Source: Chromera velia (lineage: Eukaryota). From it: a DNA stretch of 58,229 bases. The notes under the pieces were generated by a model. That model ran no database searches and was not told the DNA's origin. It worked only from the letters and a program-made list of their open reading frames with translations. Made by a program: the position numbers and the translations under genes. The stretch lies in contig JAHBMJ010000051.1 of NCBI GenBank assembly GCA_018398765.1, positions 1 through 58,229 of the forward strand, given 5' to 3'. Positions 1-12,895 of this stretch are shown here, in pieces (position 1 is the stretch's first letter; the number at the start of each line of letters is the position of its first letter).

Positions 1-1511
1 TTCTCCCCCCCCCCCCCCCCCCCCCCCCCCCTCAGGCACAGCGGGACTGCGGAAGCACAGGCAGACAGAAAGCAAGCCTGAGACTTGAAGAAACGGATAT
101 GGTTCAACAAACTCCTGAACCCTCTTCAGTCTGTCTTATTCATCCGTCGCCAAGCACAAACAAAAGAAAAGAAAAAAACAACCCAAGGAAGGAATAAACA
201 AAGTGGAAAGGTGGGAAGCCAGAAACGGGTAACCCTAGCTTTCTCGGCGGATCGCTTTACCTTCTCATGTGTCCAAAAAGTGAGAGGAAGAAACGTTGCT
301 TGGCAGGATGCTAGGAAGCAAGGAAGGAAGGAAGGAAACAAACAAACAAAAACAAAAAAACACGAACAAACCATTCGTGATTACTACCAGTGAGACAGAT
401 GAGAAAGGAGGGAAAGAGCAGGCAGAACGGTGCTCGACAAATGCGCTCCGCAGCGCTTTTGCATTTGCAGTAGAGGAAATGAGAGAAGAAGTCTCCCGTC
501 TCGCCTCGGCGACACCCCCTCTATTTGGGGAGGGGGGGGAGGGGGGGGAAAGATGAAAGACATTCACGAACATTCGACTGGAGAAAGAAGAGAGCGGTGG
601 AGAGGGGTCAGAAGGGACTAGAACTAGATAGAGAGAGAGGTAGTCGGGCTGAGAGGGGAACATTCGTACTTCCTTCTGTCCATTGAAAAAAGGGTGTTGC
701 AAAGCTTTCCGTTTGTTTGCTTTCGTCTCGCTGCCGATGCCAACGCATCGGGTGTCTGTTCTTTGGGTTTTTGCCGTTTCTCGTTTGCTGTTTCGTTTTA
801 GTACGTCGCGTGTTTCCTTTTTGGTCTCGGTGCGCTTCCCGCGCGCTCGTGTGTCATCACCAAAACAGCATCCATGCAAAATGAAAGAGACAAAGGGCGA
901 ACGCCGGTTGTCCACACACAGTTGCGACAGGTCGCACTGCATGCCTGTAAGTGGAGAGTGACGTGAATCAGGAATCTTCACAAGGATTTTGCCCCTGTCC
1001 CTCTTCTCTTCTCTTTTTTTGTAGAAATGGCATCACCGCGACAAGTCGCAAAGAAGAAGAAGCGAAAGAAGCAGCACAATCACAAGAGCGACGGACAGAC
1101 GAAAGACGAAAAAACGGACGGAAAGCGGAAACGCGCCCATCCAAACACATTTTACTTGACTGATCATTTCCTGTCCCTGCATGTCTTTTTGGGACCTCTG
1201 TTCCCTTCCATTCGTTCTTTGAGCACATCCACTGCCCGCCCGCCCGCCCCATGCACCCATCATGTTTTTGTTTCAATGCAGGAAGGAATGAAATTCCCCT
1301 TCTCTCTCATTGCAACCCCAAATTCCCCCGTTGATTCCTTTTCTCTTCGCGGCATGCTCTCATGACAGAGAACATCACGCAAGCTTGCATGGTTGAATTC
1401 GGAGCTTTTCGTTCAGCCTCGACAGAGAGAAAGATAAACTGACAGAGAGACAGACTCGGACCTCCCCCCCCCTCTCGCACTTCCCGGCCCCCTTCAAATC
1501 CTTCCATTCAC

Positions 1512-1782
1512 TCACTCTTCTGCATGCCCCCTGGCTGAAGGAAGGAGCTCCACATACTCCACGCGGGGGGGGGTGAAGCCGTTGAACGTGCTGAAGGCTG
1601 CCGAGGTGTACGCGCCCATGTTTCGGAACAGCAGCCAGTCACCCACCTGAGAGGGAAAGAACAGGATGAAAAGCGCAAACGGATGGGGGGCTGTCAAATC
1701 TCACGAGACATCTAAAAAAGGCAACGCAGCGACTGTCACAAACAGACGACAGACAGACACACGCACACACACGCAGCCACAG

Positions 1783-1817
<35 letters not shown>

Positions 1818-3382
1818 TAACTACAAATGCATGTGGTCACGCTGGCACACACACATGCACACTGACAGAGTGCAACGAACGGCGTGGACATCGCAGACAG
1901 GCTTGGAAATCGACGAAGGAGTGGATTGAAAGAAAAGTTTGACCACGTCTTCCCCCCCCCCTCTTACCTGCAGGACAGGGAGGTGCGCCTTCTCCATAAC
2001 GATGTCAAACCCATCGCAGGTCGGTCCGAATAGAACTGCCGGCTCCTTCTCCTTCTCTGCCGCCTCAGTAGCTGCTGAGGAAGCAGAGACCTCAGAAGCG
2101 CCGCCACCTTCGGACACCCGTCTCTCCTCATCAGCATTAGAGGAGGAGGAGAGGATGAGAACTTCAGGCGCCGGAACTGCCGCGTCGTAAAGGATCGAGT
2201 TGAAGCAGCCATAGAGGCCGTCGGTGAGGAAATAACGACGAGGCACTGCTTCCTCGTCAGCAGAAACAGAAGGCACGGGGGGGCGCATGCCAATAACTTT
2301 AGTGGCCAGAGAGCCTGACGCTGCGCAGAGGAATCGTCCGGGTTCTGCGATGATTTTCACAGAGGGATCGGGGAAGAATTCCTCTAGACCTGCATTGATC
2401 TGGGATGCCATACCCGAGAATCGGACGTGAGCATCGAGGGCCTCTTTCTCCGCATCGTCTTCTTCAGCCCTTGTTCTCATCTCATCCTCCTCCTCTTCTA
2501 GCTCGGACAGGCCCGGGAATCCCCCTCCAATGTCGACACATGTGAGTGGAGGGAAACCGTGTGACTCTGCAAGGTCGAAAAGCGACCTGACAATCTCGAG
2601 AGCCGAACGGAATGCACCCGGCTCAGTGCACCTGCTGCCTACGTGGAAATGGGCACCCACAAGGTTGAGGCCCAGGGATCGACATGTTTGAAGCAGACGG
2701 GGCCAGGCGGCGGGCTCGGCACCGAATTTGTTCTTCATTTTGCACAATGCTGAGGAGTCATCAGCGTTAATGCGGAGAAGCAACTGAGCTTCGGGGTGGG
2801 ATCTGGCGATTTTGAAGAGTTCGTCCTCGGAATCGAAGACAGTTCTCTTCACCCCCACACTCTTTGCAAATGCAATCATACCCTCGTGCTTGCACGTGTT
2901 TGAGTAGATGATCGTATGACCGGGGTCTGAGGGACGAACGTTCTCAAGGACGTGTTCAATCTCTGCCTGGGAAGCGCAGTCGAATCTGCACCCCTCTTGG
3001 GCGAGTGTCTTGATGATTTGGGGGTCGGGGTTGCTCTTGATGGCATAGAAGGGGGAAACGCGGGGGAGGAGACGGCGCCAACGGCTCAACTGAGCTCGGA
3101 CCTGCAGGAAAGAAAGAAGAAAAGAAAAGAGGAAAATGCATGTTGACTTCCTGCGATCTCTTGAACCTCAGGGTTTTGTCATTATGTCTCCGTCCACTCG
3201 CGCATTGGAGTTCTTTCAAAGACGGGGGTGGAAGGAAGGAAGGAAGAAAGGAGACGGAAGTCGACAAAATGAACGCAGAGAGAGAGAATACAGGCGAGGG
3301 GTGAGAGTGCTCTCTCTAATTATCAATGAAAGAGAAACAAAGACATACACAAAGACCTTCTGAAGGTCCACTCGCTTACTCT

Positions 3383-3422
<40 letters not shown>

Positions 3423-6359
3423 GACACACAGACCTTCTGAAGGTCCACGACCATCATCAGTCCCTTCTCTCTGATCCCCCCGTCCTCCTTGACCCTCTGG
3501 AGCACGAAGTCCTTCTCAGCCGCACGCAGAGCGCTCAATGTCTCCTCGTTGGAGGAGGACGCACAGAAGACAGGGACAGAGACGGCAACGGGGGCAGGAG
3601 CCTCCACGGAGGTCTGCACACACAGGGGAGAGAGAAAGGTGAAGAGAGTGTGGAGAGAAGTGGAACGCAGCTTTTTCACGTTTCAGTGTTGCAGAGAGAC
3701 GAAGGCAGGAAACGGAGAAGGAATTCTTTTCTTCACCTGGGAAGTTACAGACCACAGAAGGAGGGTGCGAAACCAGAAACGAACTGAGTCATTTGCAGAA
3801 GGGTGAAAATGGCGGAGATGCACTTCTGCCGAAAAAGAAAGAAAGCTAAAGAATAATGAAGAAAGCCCTTTTTCATCTTTGCTCGGCTTCAAAAAGACAA
3901 CAGCAAAATCCTTCTTTTGCCCCTGAACTTTTTCTGCCCCCAGCCCTTTGTCTCCTCTGACTGACCTCATTTGCATTTGCAGACTCCTCCCCTTTGCAAA
4001 TGACCTCTCTCCGCTCCTCCTCCTCCTCCTCCTCCTCTTCCTGTTTGGAGAGAACAAAATCCGTTCGTGCCAGCTGAGTGTGAGAGACAGAGAACCAACC
4101 CAGGGAAACATCAACCCTCCTCACGACCTCAAAACTCCTCCACTCATCCCCGTCCTCCCCATGCAAGTCCCTCAGACCCTCCACACCCTCGCCGTCATCC
4201 CCCACGCAGGAAGAGCTCTTTCGAGAAAGGGAGCAGGGGGTCGAGGCTGCCATGGGCAACGGAAAACCGTCCCCGTCCTCCTCACTCCCCAAACCAGAGG
4301 CCCCACTCCCTGTGCTCTCTCTCTCCGAGTCGTCCGACACAGAACCCGGGGAGGCCAGAGGAAGGGGCTCTGGATGGAAGGGCTCCTGCAAACGTTTGAG
4401 TGTTTTTTTGTGAACACGTGAACAAGATTCTTGCATTCATGGAGTGAGAAGGCGGTATTGAGTGACAAGTTCATGAATCAAGGAGAGCCCTTGCATGGAA
4501 AGGGCCAGCACAAAAAGAAAGGAAAGGCAGTCGAGGAGAGATCAAGGGTAGAACATCAGCTGCTAGAAATCTAGAGAGGCCCGCCCGTGTTGAAGGAGAA
4601 AGATCAGGTCTGGAGAAGGACAACGGGCCCAAGAAAATGAAATTTCCGGCAGAGCAGAAACAGACCGTTACGGGACTCCAAACAAGCACACAGAGCATCA
4701 CCCGAACAGAAAAAAAAAAAAAAGAAAAAAGGAACCCACCTGACCGAACCGAAGTTGCACCACGTGGACCTCCTTCGGCCTGAAGCAGCCGACCACCTTG
4801 TCACAAAAAACAGGGTACGAAACGTGCTTGAAGGGGAACGAAGTCTCAACACTTGCGTAGGAGCTCTCCTCTTCTGGGGACACATGCACGGTAAGAAAGG
4901 CCTTCTGGCACACAGCGTTCGCAGAGTACCCGCAAGGATCGAACCAGTACTGGTCTGTGCGGGCCCCCACCGGCGGCAGAAGGTCCCGAAGGACCCCGGC
5001 AGAGTTCTCTCTTCGTGGCTGAGGGGGGGGCATTTGGAAAGATTCAGGGTCACACGCTGCACTCTTCTCGGGAAAGTCGCTAGAGGTACCCTGGGCAAGG
5101 GCCGAGCTATCAGGAGCAGCTGCGGTTGTCTGCAGCTCTGCCGGCTTCTTGCCTGCAAAGTACTCGGGGGAGTTTTCATCGATCCCCAACATGAGAAGCT
5201 CAGTGATCTGAAGGTCTCTCTCCCGCTCCCTCTCGGAGTCACCCACAAGACCTGAGGGAGTGACGCCCTCCCGGTGAATCTGCATGAATCTGCAGGGGCA
5301 AAGAAGCGAGGACAGAGAGCAAGGTCTGACCTTCAATGGAGGTTCGTGCGCGATCCGATTTTTCTTCACAGACTTTGTCACCAATTTAAGACGCGCGGGC
5401 TAGCGTGAAAATGCGGAAAGGGGTGAGAGGGAGAGTGTGAAACCTTGTTACAAAAAGATATGTGTCCGGTAACAGAGGAGGAGAAAGTTGAAAGTCAGAC
5501 CCAGGAGCAATACGGAAGAATAAGATGAGATGGTGACGCGCAAAAGGTACATCTAGGCGCCGACTGACTGACTGACTTTCTGCTGGCGGCAACAAAGAGG
5601 TCAAACTCTCTTTCCTCCGAAGTAGGAAGTTGGAAGGGTTGGGCCTCGCCCTCGAAGGTCTTTGCTCCCCTTTTCGTTCCCTTGGGGAAGAATCTGCGGC
5701 AGAAATCTGTCTCCTCTGCAAAGGAACGGTGAGGGAAGCGCTGCTGCTCTGGGAACCTGTAGCTCAAATGGGAAAAGAGAAAAAAGTCCAGGAAGCGGGC
5801 GAGCCCCCTCGCGCGTTTGAAGAGGGAGGCAGAATCTCCGGTAATGTCAAAAGTCTTCTCCTGCAGGTGGGCAGGAACCACCAGCTCGAGGATAGGAAGG
5901 ACGCTAAGCAGAGGGGTGGTCGTTCCGCACGTCTTGAGAATCAGTTTCTTGTCGTATACGAAGAGGGATGACTCGGACAGAAGGTACGCCACACACCCCG
6001 CCTCGGGCATCGTCTTCTTTCGAAGCTGCCCCTGTTTCTGGGGATGCACTGACGCAGCTCTCGCGTGGGTGCTGGTCTTTGACAGGATGGAGCAGGCAGT
6101 GTGAGAGAGGATCGACTGCCACACTCCATCGGAAACGTCAAAGAGGCTGCGGAAACCTTCCTGGGGGTGGGAAGAAGAAGGGGCGTCTCCATACCTTCCT
6201 CCCCTGTGTCCAGAAGAGAAGGCGGAGTCATTGAAGCGCAGAATGACGCGCTTCTCGACACCTGCAGGCATACATGCGAGTGCACCGTTAAGAGAGGAAC
6301 CTGTGTGCATGAGAGAAGCTTCAGGCTGTCCACTCACCTTCAAACGGTCCGTAAGACAT
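1512..6359 (-). CDS. AdoMetDC/ODC: Bifunctional S-adenosylmethionine decarboxylase / ornithine decarboxylase, 7 exons (6359-6338, 6261-5577, 5289-4740, 4385-3966, 3613-3434, 3101-1968, 1646-1512), about 1041 aa
   Basis: AdoMetDC motifs: N-terminal [17 protein letters not shown], autoprocessing [33 protein letters not shown] motifs: [12 protein letters not shown] (PLP lysine), FDCAS, FHVGS, DIGGGF, EPGRF, DGLYG, GPTCDG (catalytic Cys), MGAYT, FNGF. All six GT-AG junctions are phase-compatible and give one stop-free 3126-nt frame. Confidence 0.88.
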
Positions 6360-6662
6360 CTTGGAAGTCGAGGTTTCTTTGTCTCGATCTGCTTGCAACC
6401 ACGTGCGCTTCCTCGGTCACTGCCACCCGACCAAATCCGTCGCGTCCTTCAACTCTGGAAAAGCGCAAGACAGTTACATTCCGAAGAACAGTTTCTGCTC
6501 AGAGAGGGACGAAGTGAGCTTTTGCGGTTGATCTGAGAAGGGGAGGTACGGATCAAGTTTGGGAACTGCATGATCGATCCACGTTTGGACCGCCGAACCT
6601 CACAACGGCCGAGTTTCGCCAGCGGCACTCTGGGATGCTTGGGGGGCACTTTTTCGTAATCT

Positions 6663-8058
6663 CCTGTCAACCTTGGTCTCACATACATCTACTGCAAGAT
6701 GATGGGGAGGAAGGTGAGTAAGACCTGTCACTCCACTAGTCTGAGAACATGCTTCCACACTCGCACGTCTCTATATTGCTCAAGAATCCACAGGCGTCCC
6801 CCCAACATGCAGAAGTGTTCCTCCAGAGGTTGCATGCCTGCATGACAATTCAAGAAGCACTTCTTCCACGCACTTGCCTCCTTCCTTGCAGCTGAGCGAC
6901 CCAGCACTGGGAGGCAAGCGCATTGTACATTACTGCTCTACAGACCCTCACAAGCGCGCAAACGCAGCCTATCTGGCGGGCGCCTTCCAGATCGTTTTCT
7001 TGAACAAGCCTGCAGACGAGGCCTACAGACCCTTCGTGGGCGTCCACCCACCCTTCCTGCCCTTCCGTGACGCAACCAACAAAATCTGCACCTACCACTG
7101 TACCATTCACGACTGCTTGAAGGGTCTAGAGTGGGGAATCAAGGTTCGTCGCCTTTTCGTAGAGACTCTCCGAAGTGAATCCACCAGAGTCATTGGCCCT
7201 CGACTCATTGCCCCTCACGTGCAACTGACTGACCTTTGTCAACCAACCACGGCCAACAGACCAACCACCCCCTTCCGACAAGCATAGCCCTCCATGTCTC
7301 CTGCTTTCGCCAAATTTCGATCCTTCCAGGGCCTGATGTTCATTCACTGCATGTGCTGCTTGTGCCTACACTTCCTTTCTCTTTCACTTGCAGCTCGGGT
7401 GGTTTGACTATGATACGTTCGACGTCCAAGAGTACCAGTATTATGAGAGAGTGGAGAACGGTCAGCTGATACCCTTCGCTTCGGTGGCAATCTGTCTGCC
7501 TGGTCTCACTTTCTTTATGAGCGGCTCTGCGCTGGCGTCTGCCCTCTCTTTCCGCCTGCACTCTCGCCTCCTCTCCTCTCCTCTGCTCTGCTCTCCTCTG
7601 CTCTGCTCTGTTCTCCTCTCCTCTCCTCTCCTCTGCTCTCCTCTGCTCTGCTCTCCTCTGCTCTCCTCTCCTCTCCTCTCCCCTCTCCTCCCCTCTCCTT
7701 CCCTCCTCTCCTCCCCTCCTCTCCTCTCCTCTCCTCTCCTCTCCTCTTCTTTTCTATTCCCACAATTTCTCCCTTGCCCTTGCTTCGGAGAGGAAGAAAT
7801 GGAGGAAGAAGGGAGGGGAAAGGGAGGGGAAAAGGGAGGGGAGAAGGGAAGGGAGAAGGGGAGGCAGAAGGGAGGGGAGAAGGGAGGGGAGAAGGGAGGG
7901 GAGAAGGGAGGGGAGAAGGGGAGGGAGAAGGGGGGGGAGAAAACGGAATGAAGCTACTGTTTTTTTCCACTGTTCTGTCCTCGTTCTTCCTGTTTGTCTA
8001 TCTGTCTGTCTGTCTGTCTGTTTGTCCGTCTGTCTGTCTGTCTGTCTTTGTTTCTTTG

Positions 8059-8090
<32 letters not shown>

Positions 8091-8727
8091 TTTCTTTCGT
8101 TCGTTCGGTCGGTCGGTCGGTCGTTCGTTCGTCTGTTCGTCCGTTCGTTCGTTCGTTTGTTCGTTTGCATGTTCGTCCGTTCGTTCGTTCGTTCGTTCTC
8201 CAGTCCTCTCTCTCTTCACCCCGGGCCCCCATTCTACGGAGTGTTGGACGTCCGAGGTGAGTGCATGTGTGAAACAAACAACCCTCCTCACCTGACTTAC
8301 TGACTCTCTGACTGACTCTGTGACTGACTCTCTTCCTTACAGGTGACCTGATCGAACTGGATCATCCCATGCAAAGAAATTTGTTTTGTCGCCTTCTCGG
8401 GACCTCCTTCGACCTCAGCGGACGAGGACGGAAAGCCAACCTACACACCTGAGGACAGTCACTACGTCCCGGTTTTCAAAAAACTGGTCCGTGAGTCCCT
8501 CAATTCCTCCTGTCTGCTCCGTGCTCATCCCTCTCGCCTGAGTATATTGTTTGTGCAAGATCGAATGAAACCTGATGTGAGTGAAGCTGCTGCGCGCTTG
8601 TGCTGATCATATCTTAAGCTGCTTTCTCTTCTCCTTCTGCCCCCGGGTGCTTATTGGCCTGTAACATTTGCCCTCGATTTTCTTCCCTCCATTCGACCAC
8701 TCGCCCCAAAATCTATCTATCTATCTA

Positions 8728-8765
<38 letters not shown>

Positions 8766-9731
8766 CCCCCCCTGGTGCAGGGAGTTACTCTGCTCGTCCG
8801 TCTGAATGAGAAGCAGCACGATGGTGACATGTTCACACGAGACGGAATCAAACACGTCGACCTGTACTTCGACGGACCCTGCCCCTCAAGAGAATTCATT
8901 CAAAAGTTTCTGGGCATCGTCGAGAACGAACCGGGTGCCGTCGCTGTCCACTGCAAGGCTGGACTCGGCATGACGGGCACTCTGATCGGGGCATTCGCCA
9001 TGAAGCACTTTCAGTTCCCTGCTGCATACTGCATCGGGTGGAATCGAATATGCAGGTCTGTCTGTCTGTCTGTCTGTCTGTGTGTCTTGTTGGTTTGGTG
9101 GCATGTTGGTTGGTTGGTCCTCTGGTCCGGCGCTCCCACTCTTTCGGCCCTCTTGTCTCGCTTCTGCATTCTTGTTTGTCTGTTGGGCTGCAAGTCAGCC
9201 TGCGGGCCTGTCTGTCTCTTTGTCTGCCTCCCTGTCTACCTGTCTGCCTTTCTGCCTGTCTGTCTGCGTGCCTCCCTTTGCCGGTCTACCTGCCTGCCTG
9301 AACGCCTGTCTATCTCCCTGTCTCCCTAGCTGTCTCCCTAGCTGTCTCCCTTTCTCCCTGTCTCCCTGTCTCCCTGTCTTCCTTTCCTTCCGTCCGTCCG
9401 TCCGTCCGTCCGTCCGTCGGTCTGTGTGTCTGCCTATCTCTTTGTCTGTGGAACTGTCTGCTCAAGTGCTCGGGTGCTATAGGTAGACGGCCGAATAACG
9501 TGACTGTCCGGCGACGGCTTGCCTGGCTGGCCGACAGAGAGAGTAAATGACTGAGCGAGTGAGTGAGGGAGTTTGTGCTGATATCAACGGGCACTCTTTA
9601 TGCATGCAGACCCGGAAGTGTTGTTGGACCCCAACAACACTTCATGTTCGAAATACAAGACGAGTTGTTTCAGTCCGGAGCATCGGAGTCTCGTCCTCCT
9701 CTTCCAAATGCCGAGCACTCGAAAGAACAGC
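6663..9731 (+). pseudogene. CDC14: Cdc14 dual-specificity phosphatase, 5'-truncated pseudogene (exon remnants 6663-6713, 6892-7143, 7394-7460, 8343-8486, 8781-9055, 9610-9731)
   Basis: Motifs PVNLG..YIYC, KRANAAYL, PFRDA, YERVENGDL-NWII, VRLNEK, HCKAGLG(M)TG and RPGSVVGPQQHF. There is an in-frame TAA just upstream of PVNLG, frameshifting insertions in exon 8343-8486, and the catalytic CX5R Arg is replaced by Met. Confidence 0.85.
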
Positions 9732-9744
9732 GTCAGTCAGCTAG

Positions 9745-9930
9745 TCATTCATTCATTTATTCATTCATTCATTCATTCATTCATTCAGTCAGTCAGTCAG
9801 TCAGCCAGTCAATCATGCAGAAAGAAAAAAAGAAAGAAAGAAAGAAAGAAAGACTGACTCACTGACAGCCAGACAGACAGATAGACAGGAAGAAACAGAA
9901 AAAGGAGGAAAGAAAGAAAGAAAGAAAGAA

Positions 9931-9961
<31 letters not shown>

Positions 9962-9978
9962 AAGAAAGAAAGAAAGAA

Positions 9979-10009
<31 letters not shown>

Positions 10010-10044
10010 AAGAAAGAAAGAAAGAAACAAAAAAAGGAGGAAAG

Positions 10045-10089
<45 letters not shown>

Positions 10090-10103
10090 AAGAGAAAGAG
10101 AGG

Positions 10104-10145
<42 letters not shown>

Positions 10146-10286
10146 AAGAAAGAAAGAAAGAACGAAAGAACGAAAGAACGAAAGAATGAAAGAATGAAAG
10201 AACGAGAGAACGAACGAACGAACGAACGAAGGAAGGAAGGAACGAACGAACGAACGAAAGAAAGAAAGAAAGACAGACAGACAGAC

Positions 10287-10345
<59 letters not shown>

Positions 10346-10493
10346 AAGAAAGAAAGAAAGAAAGACTCACTGACAGCCAGACAGACAGCCAGACAGACAG
10401 ACAGTCAGGCAGATAGACAGAAAGAAACAAAAAAAGGAGGAAAGAAAGAAAGAGAGAGAGAGAGAGAGAGAGACAGAGAAAGAGAAAGAGAGG

Positions 10494-10541
<48 letters not shown>

Positions 10542-10700
10542 AAGAAAGAAAGAAAGAATGAAAGAACGAAAGAACGAAAGAATGAAAGAATGAAAGAACG
10601 AGAGAACGAACGAACGAACGAGCGAGCGAGCGAACGAAGGAAGGAAGGAAGGAACGAACGAACGAAAGAAAGAAAGAAAGAAAGACTGAAAGAGACAGAG

Positions 10701-10737
<37 letters not shown>

Positions 10738-10745
10738 CATAGAAA
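9745..10745. repeat. Compound microsatellite block ((TTCA)n, (GAAA)n, (GACA)n, (GA)n, (GAAC)n) containing a roughly 400-bp internal duplication
   Basis: The same series GAAACAAAAAAAGGAGG-(GA)n-GGGGG-(GA)n-AAGAACG... starts near 10020 and again near 10420. Confidence 0.8.
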
Positions 10746-12249
10746 GAAACAAAAAGAACGAAAAAAAGGACTGAAGGAAGAAATGAACGATAGAAGACAG
10801 AAGACATGTTAAACTTTAAGTCTAAGCTGTACCGCTTGTGGATCTCCATGCAGACCAATGCAGCGCCTTTATCCATCTGTCATGTCCCTTATCTGTTCAG
10901 AGTGTTTTGTGTGATGCATTTCTCTTTTCGCGTTCATTTGCCTGCCTCGACAGTATCTGACCCCCGTTGCTCGGAGCCATCAGAAAAAAACTGTCCTGCT
11001 TCATTATTGTCTCAACCGTCTGCAGCTACTGGACACGACGACTCGGAGCGGAGGAGAACGAAGAATTTTCAAAGTGAGAGAGGAGAACAGACCTGAAGGG
11101 CATGAGAAGGAGAGGGATTTCGACGATGGTATCAGTGACAGCGGGTCAGTTTTCAGTTTGTGCAAATCTGACTCACTGGTCTGGAAACGCTGCACTTCTC
11201 TGTAACACTTATCTGTCAAAGGTCATTTGGACCGCCGCGCATTCAATCTGCAAATACCCAGACAAATGCCCCGACTGTACTGTTCGTGAGTGCCCCCTCT
11301 CTCTGGTCCCAAGTGTGGGTGGTGCACGCCGTGGGTTCCGCAACGAAGACACAATCACTTGGCACTACGGTGCGCGGTACGAGGACAGACAGACTTTCAG
11401 AGAGCAAGGAGAGAAAGCAAAAAAAGAGGCTTTCACACTAATAGGTAGAACATGAGGCAGTGAGACAGTGAGAGGAGAACGGGGAGAGAGGACTCCGAGA
11501 GAGAAGAGAGAGAGGAGGGAGAGAAGAGAGAGGGGAGAGAGAGAAGAGAGAAAGAGAGGAGAGAGAGAAAGGAGAGAGAGAAAGGAGAGAGAGAGGAGAG
11601 AGAGAGAGGAGAGAGAGAGAGGAGAGAGAGGGAGGAGGGAGAGAGAGAAAGGAGAGGAGAGAGGATATGAGAGAGGAAAGATGAGAAAAGGAGAGAGGAG
11701 AGGAGAGGAGAGACAGAGTGGAGAGGAGAGAGGAGAGGAGAGTGGAGAGGAGAGGAGAGGAGAAGAGGAGAGAAGAGGAGAGAAGAGGAGAGAGGGAGAG
11801 GGGGAGAGCGAGGGGGACGGGGACGGGAAGGGGGAGGGGGAGAGCAAAGGACGGCGGAGAAAGAGAGAGCATTCGAGAAGAAGGGCAGACAGAATTAAAG
11901 GCAGAAGGCTGACGGATAAGGAAGCGAGAGAGACACTCAGAGAAGAGAGCAAATTTTGAATTAGAGGAATATTCACGTAGAGCAATTTGGCAAGAGGGGG
12001 GTGGAGAATAAAAGAGGGATTTATGCGGAGTGGTGAAACGAAGGAAAGAAGATGAAAGCAAGCGTGGACGTGAGGCAGTTGTCTGAGAAAAAAAGCAGGT
12101 CAGCTGATTCAGATAGGACCCTTGAGTAACCGCGACGAAAGAAATGGGGTGCACTGAATCTTCCGTGACCGGATTTTGACTTGACCATTCTGGTAATGAC
12201 AGGAACATCATGCATGGGGCACAATTTAGAACATTCGAGTGATATCCAG

Positions 12250-12372
12250 TGAAAAAGATTCTCAGATTCTTTTTCTGTTGACAGCAATCCTTCTCAGAGG
12301 TTTTTTGTCACGCCAAGAGAGACCGTTCTGTGTAGTTTCTCTCCAGTGAAATCTGGCTCGCCCTTTCGTTTC
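12250..12372 (+). mobile_element. Copy of the LINE 5' end, inverted relative to the copy at 18894-19016
   Basis: 123 bp match the reverse complement of 18894-19016 with a few substitutions. Confidence 0.8.
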
Positions 12373-12393
12373 TACTGTTTTTGCAGGTCTGAT

Positions 12394-12895
12394 AAGTCAA
12401 TCAACTCGACCTCCAACTCGCCGAGGAGCCCACGAGAAAGAAAAATTTACGAGCAACTTCGGAGAGAGAAAACTCGGTCGCTACAGGCAGAAGCGGCTCT
12501 AAAGAGTGAGCAAGAGGAACGACAAAAAGAGAGGGAAGAAGAAGGCGTCTTCTGTACCCGGTGTTCCCTTTTTACCGTTCTGCCCGCCCTTCTCTGTATG
12601 CCGGACGGGCCGGCTCTGGGAGATAGTGCTTATATACTGATCTCCCTCCCCCTGTCCTGGCAGCCATTTCTTCCACCGTCCGTCTCTGGTCTAAGACCTG
12701 CTTGACCCTCCTCAGGTCTTTACACAGTCTCTGCTGACTCTTTCCTTCTTCTTCCCTCTCTTTTTGTCGTTCCTCTTGCTCACTCTTTAGAGCCGCTTCT
12801 GCCTGTAGCGACCGAGTTTTCTCTCTCCGAAGTTGCTCGTAAATTTTTCTTTCTCGTGGGCTCCTCGGCGAGTTGGAGGTCGAGTTGATTGACTT
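12394..12895. repeat. Long inverted repeat with 152-bp arms (12394-12545 and 12744-12895) and a 198-bp spacer
   Basis: AAGTCAATCAACTCGACC...GAAGAAGAAGG is the reverse complement of CCTTCTTCTTC...GGTCGAGTTGATTGACTT; no mismatch found by eye. Confidence 0.92.

Noticed and set aside
85..1507. Several overlapping ORFs of 60-240 aa
   Set aside because: Low-complexity and SSR-laden with no recognisable domain; no consistent exon chain could be built.
7515..8303. Long ORFs and a pyrimidine-to-purine strand switch resembling a hairpin or triplex
   Set aside because: Intronic microsatellites of the Cdc14 pseudogene; such stop-free repeats are common across the window.
9809..10876. Hydrophobic S/F/L-rich ORFs up to 297 aa
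   Set aside because: Translations of compound microsatellites.
11365..12211. E/R/G-rich and L/S-rich ORFs
   Set aside because: GA-rich simple repeat, not a credible CDS.
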